DNA of 64,000 bases, taken from assembly GCF_902713615.1 (NCBI RefSeq), contig NC_052148.1, forward strand, positions 98,325,098-98,389,097, in the 5' to 3' direction. The DNA is from Scyliorhinus canicula. Taxonomy: Eukaryota. The notes under the pieces are model-generated. The model searched no databases and was not told where the DNA came from. It saw nothing but the letters and a program-made list of their open reading frames with translations. Each line of letters begins with the position of its first letter. The stretch's first letter is position 1. The translations under genes were made by a program, and so were the position numbers. Positions 62,150 through 64,000 of this stretch are shown here, piece by piece.

Positions 62150-64000
62150 GTACCATGTTGCAAAGGCCAGTGACAGGCTGGAAGATTGGGAAACTTTCAA
62201 ACATAAACAAAGAGATGCTAAAAAAAATCATAAAAAGAGCAAAGATAAATTACGAAAGAAAGCTAGCGTAAAACATCAAAAACAATAGCAAAAGCATCCA
62301 TAAGTACATAAAAGGGAAGAGAGTCACTAAAGTAAATGTTGGTCCCTTGGAAGATGAAACTGGCGAGTTAATAGTGGGGAACACCGAAATGGCCGAGATG
62401 CTAAATCAATATTTTGCCCCAGTTTACACGGTGGAGGACACTAGTGCCATCCCTATAGGAACGGGTAATTCAGAGGTAATTGAAAGGGTGGAAATTAGAA
62501 CAATCAGCATCAATAGGGAAACAGTACTCAACACACTATTGGGATGCATAGTGCCGAGGACCCGTGCTTGATCCAGATCCCGGGTCACTCTGCGTGTGAA
62601 ATTTTCACACACTCCCCGCGTGTTTGCGTGGGTCTCACCCCCACAACTCCTAAGATGTTCAGGGTAGGTCGATTTGCCATGCTAAATTGCCCCTTAATTG
62701 GAGAAAAAATGAATTGGGTACTCTGAATTTATAAGAAACAAAACTATTAGGATTGAAGGCAAGTCCCCAGGGCCAGATGGCCTACATCCTTTGGTGTTAA
62801 AGGATGTAGCAGCGGATATAGTGAATCCTTTGGTTATAGTATTCCAAAATTCCCTCAAAACGGGAAAGGTTCCAGTGGATTAGAAAAATGCTAATGTAAC
62901 ACCCTTATTTAAAAAGGGAGGGAGAGAGAATGTAGAAAATTACAGACCTCTTAGTTTAACATCTGTTGTTGGGAAATTATTGGAATGCATTATTAAGGAA
63001 GTAATATCAGGACATTTGGAAAGTCAAAACTCAATCCATCAGAGTCAGCATGGTTTTATGAAGGGCAAATAGACAAATGTGCTGGAGTTTTTCAAAGCTG
63101 TAACAAGCTAAGTGATAATGGGGATCCTTTGGATATAGTATATCTGGACTTCTGGGAGGTGTTTGATAAGCTGCTGCACCAAAGGTTAATACATGGGGGG
63201 GATAGGGGTAATTTATTAGCTTGGATTGAGGACTGGCAGACAGACAGAAGACAGAGTCAGGATAAATGGGTCTTTTTCTGGATGACAAGATGTAACTAGC
63301 GGGGTGCCACAGGGTTCGGTCTTGGAGCCCCAAGTATTTACAATCTATATTAATGACTTGGATACAGGAATAGAAGTTTCTGTAGCCAAATTTGCAGATG
63401 ACCCTAAAATAGGTTGGACAATAAGTTGCAATAAGGGGCTGATTTAGCTCACTGGGCTAAATCGCTGGCTTTTAAAGCAGACCAAGCAGGTCAGCAGCAC
63501 GGTTCGATTCCCGTATCAGCCTCCCCGGACAGGCGCCGGAATGTGGCGACTAGGGGCTTTTCACAGTAACTTCATTGAAGCCTACTCGCGACAATAAGCA
63601 AATTTCATTTCATTTTTTCATAAGAACCTTACAAATGGATATAGATAGGCTAGGTAAGTGGGCCAAAATGTGGTATATGGAGTTATGTGGATAAGCGTGA
63701 GGTCACCCATTTAGATCAGAAAAATGGAAAGGCAACTTGTTATCTAAGAGACTTCAGGAGCGACTTGGGGATGCTCCAGTGCAGAGGGATCTGGGTGCCC
63801 TCATGCATGAGTCACAGAAAATTAGCATGCAGATACAGTAGGTAATAAAGAAAGTGAATGAAATGCTGGCATTTATAGCTAAAGGAATAGAGTATAAAGG
63901 TAAGGAAGTGTTGTTGAAACTGTACAAGGTTTTGGTGAGACCACACCTGGAATATTGTGCATAGTTTTGATTCCCTTATTTGAGGAAATTTGTTTTGTCA
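62150..64000 (+). mobile_element. Degraded CR1 ORF2 with two SINE insertions
   Basis: EMAEMLNQYF, KSPGPDGLHP, NYRPLSLTSVVGKLLE, SGVPQGSVL, FADD; SINEs at ~62541-62745 and 63436-63620. Confidence 0.88.
63436..63620 (+). mobile_element. Short tRNA-derived SINE
   Basis: Near-identical to 27824-28009; (TTTCA)n tail. Confidence 0.85.

Noticed and set aside
56620-64000. RAB3C exon 2 or a REST/NRSE site
   Set aside because: No MASAQD/FDYMFK coding sequence and no convincing NRSE consensus were seen in the window.

Overview
Eukaryotic, repeat-dense genomic DNA, most likely from a cartilaginous fish. The shark assignment is inferred from the HE1/V-SINE-like SINEs, CR1 LINEs and GGGCGGGATTCTCC MITEs. 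About 0-54 kb is an intergenic stack of nested transposable elements: a TSD-flanked Gypsy (Mag-like) LTR retrotransposon at 13193-17558, four solo LTRs of related families plus one unrelated solo LTR, two G-rich L1-clade elements, many CR1/L2/RTE/Rex1 fragments, tRNA-derived SINEs with several different 3' tails, PIF/Harbinger MITEs with transposase and Myb remnants, and a hAT deletion derivative. The only recognisable host gene is at 56.3-56.6 kb: a CpG-rich promoter (two opposed ZNF143/Staf motifs, an NRF1-like motif, a CCAAT box) followed by a 24-nt first coding segment, MRHEAPMQ, matching the RAB3C N-terminus. The rest of the window is then intron 1. The most unusual object is the Gypsy element. 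It has no tRNA-type primer-binding site. Instead, the sequence after the 5' LTR is complementary to the LTR's own poly(A)-signal region and to a U5-terminal hairpin whose stem recurs in all related LTRs. Its RT active site reads YLDN rather than YxDD. All alignments and counts were made by eye; nothing was computed or searched.
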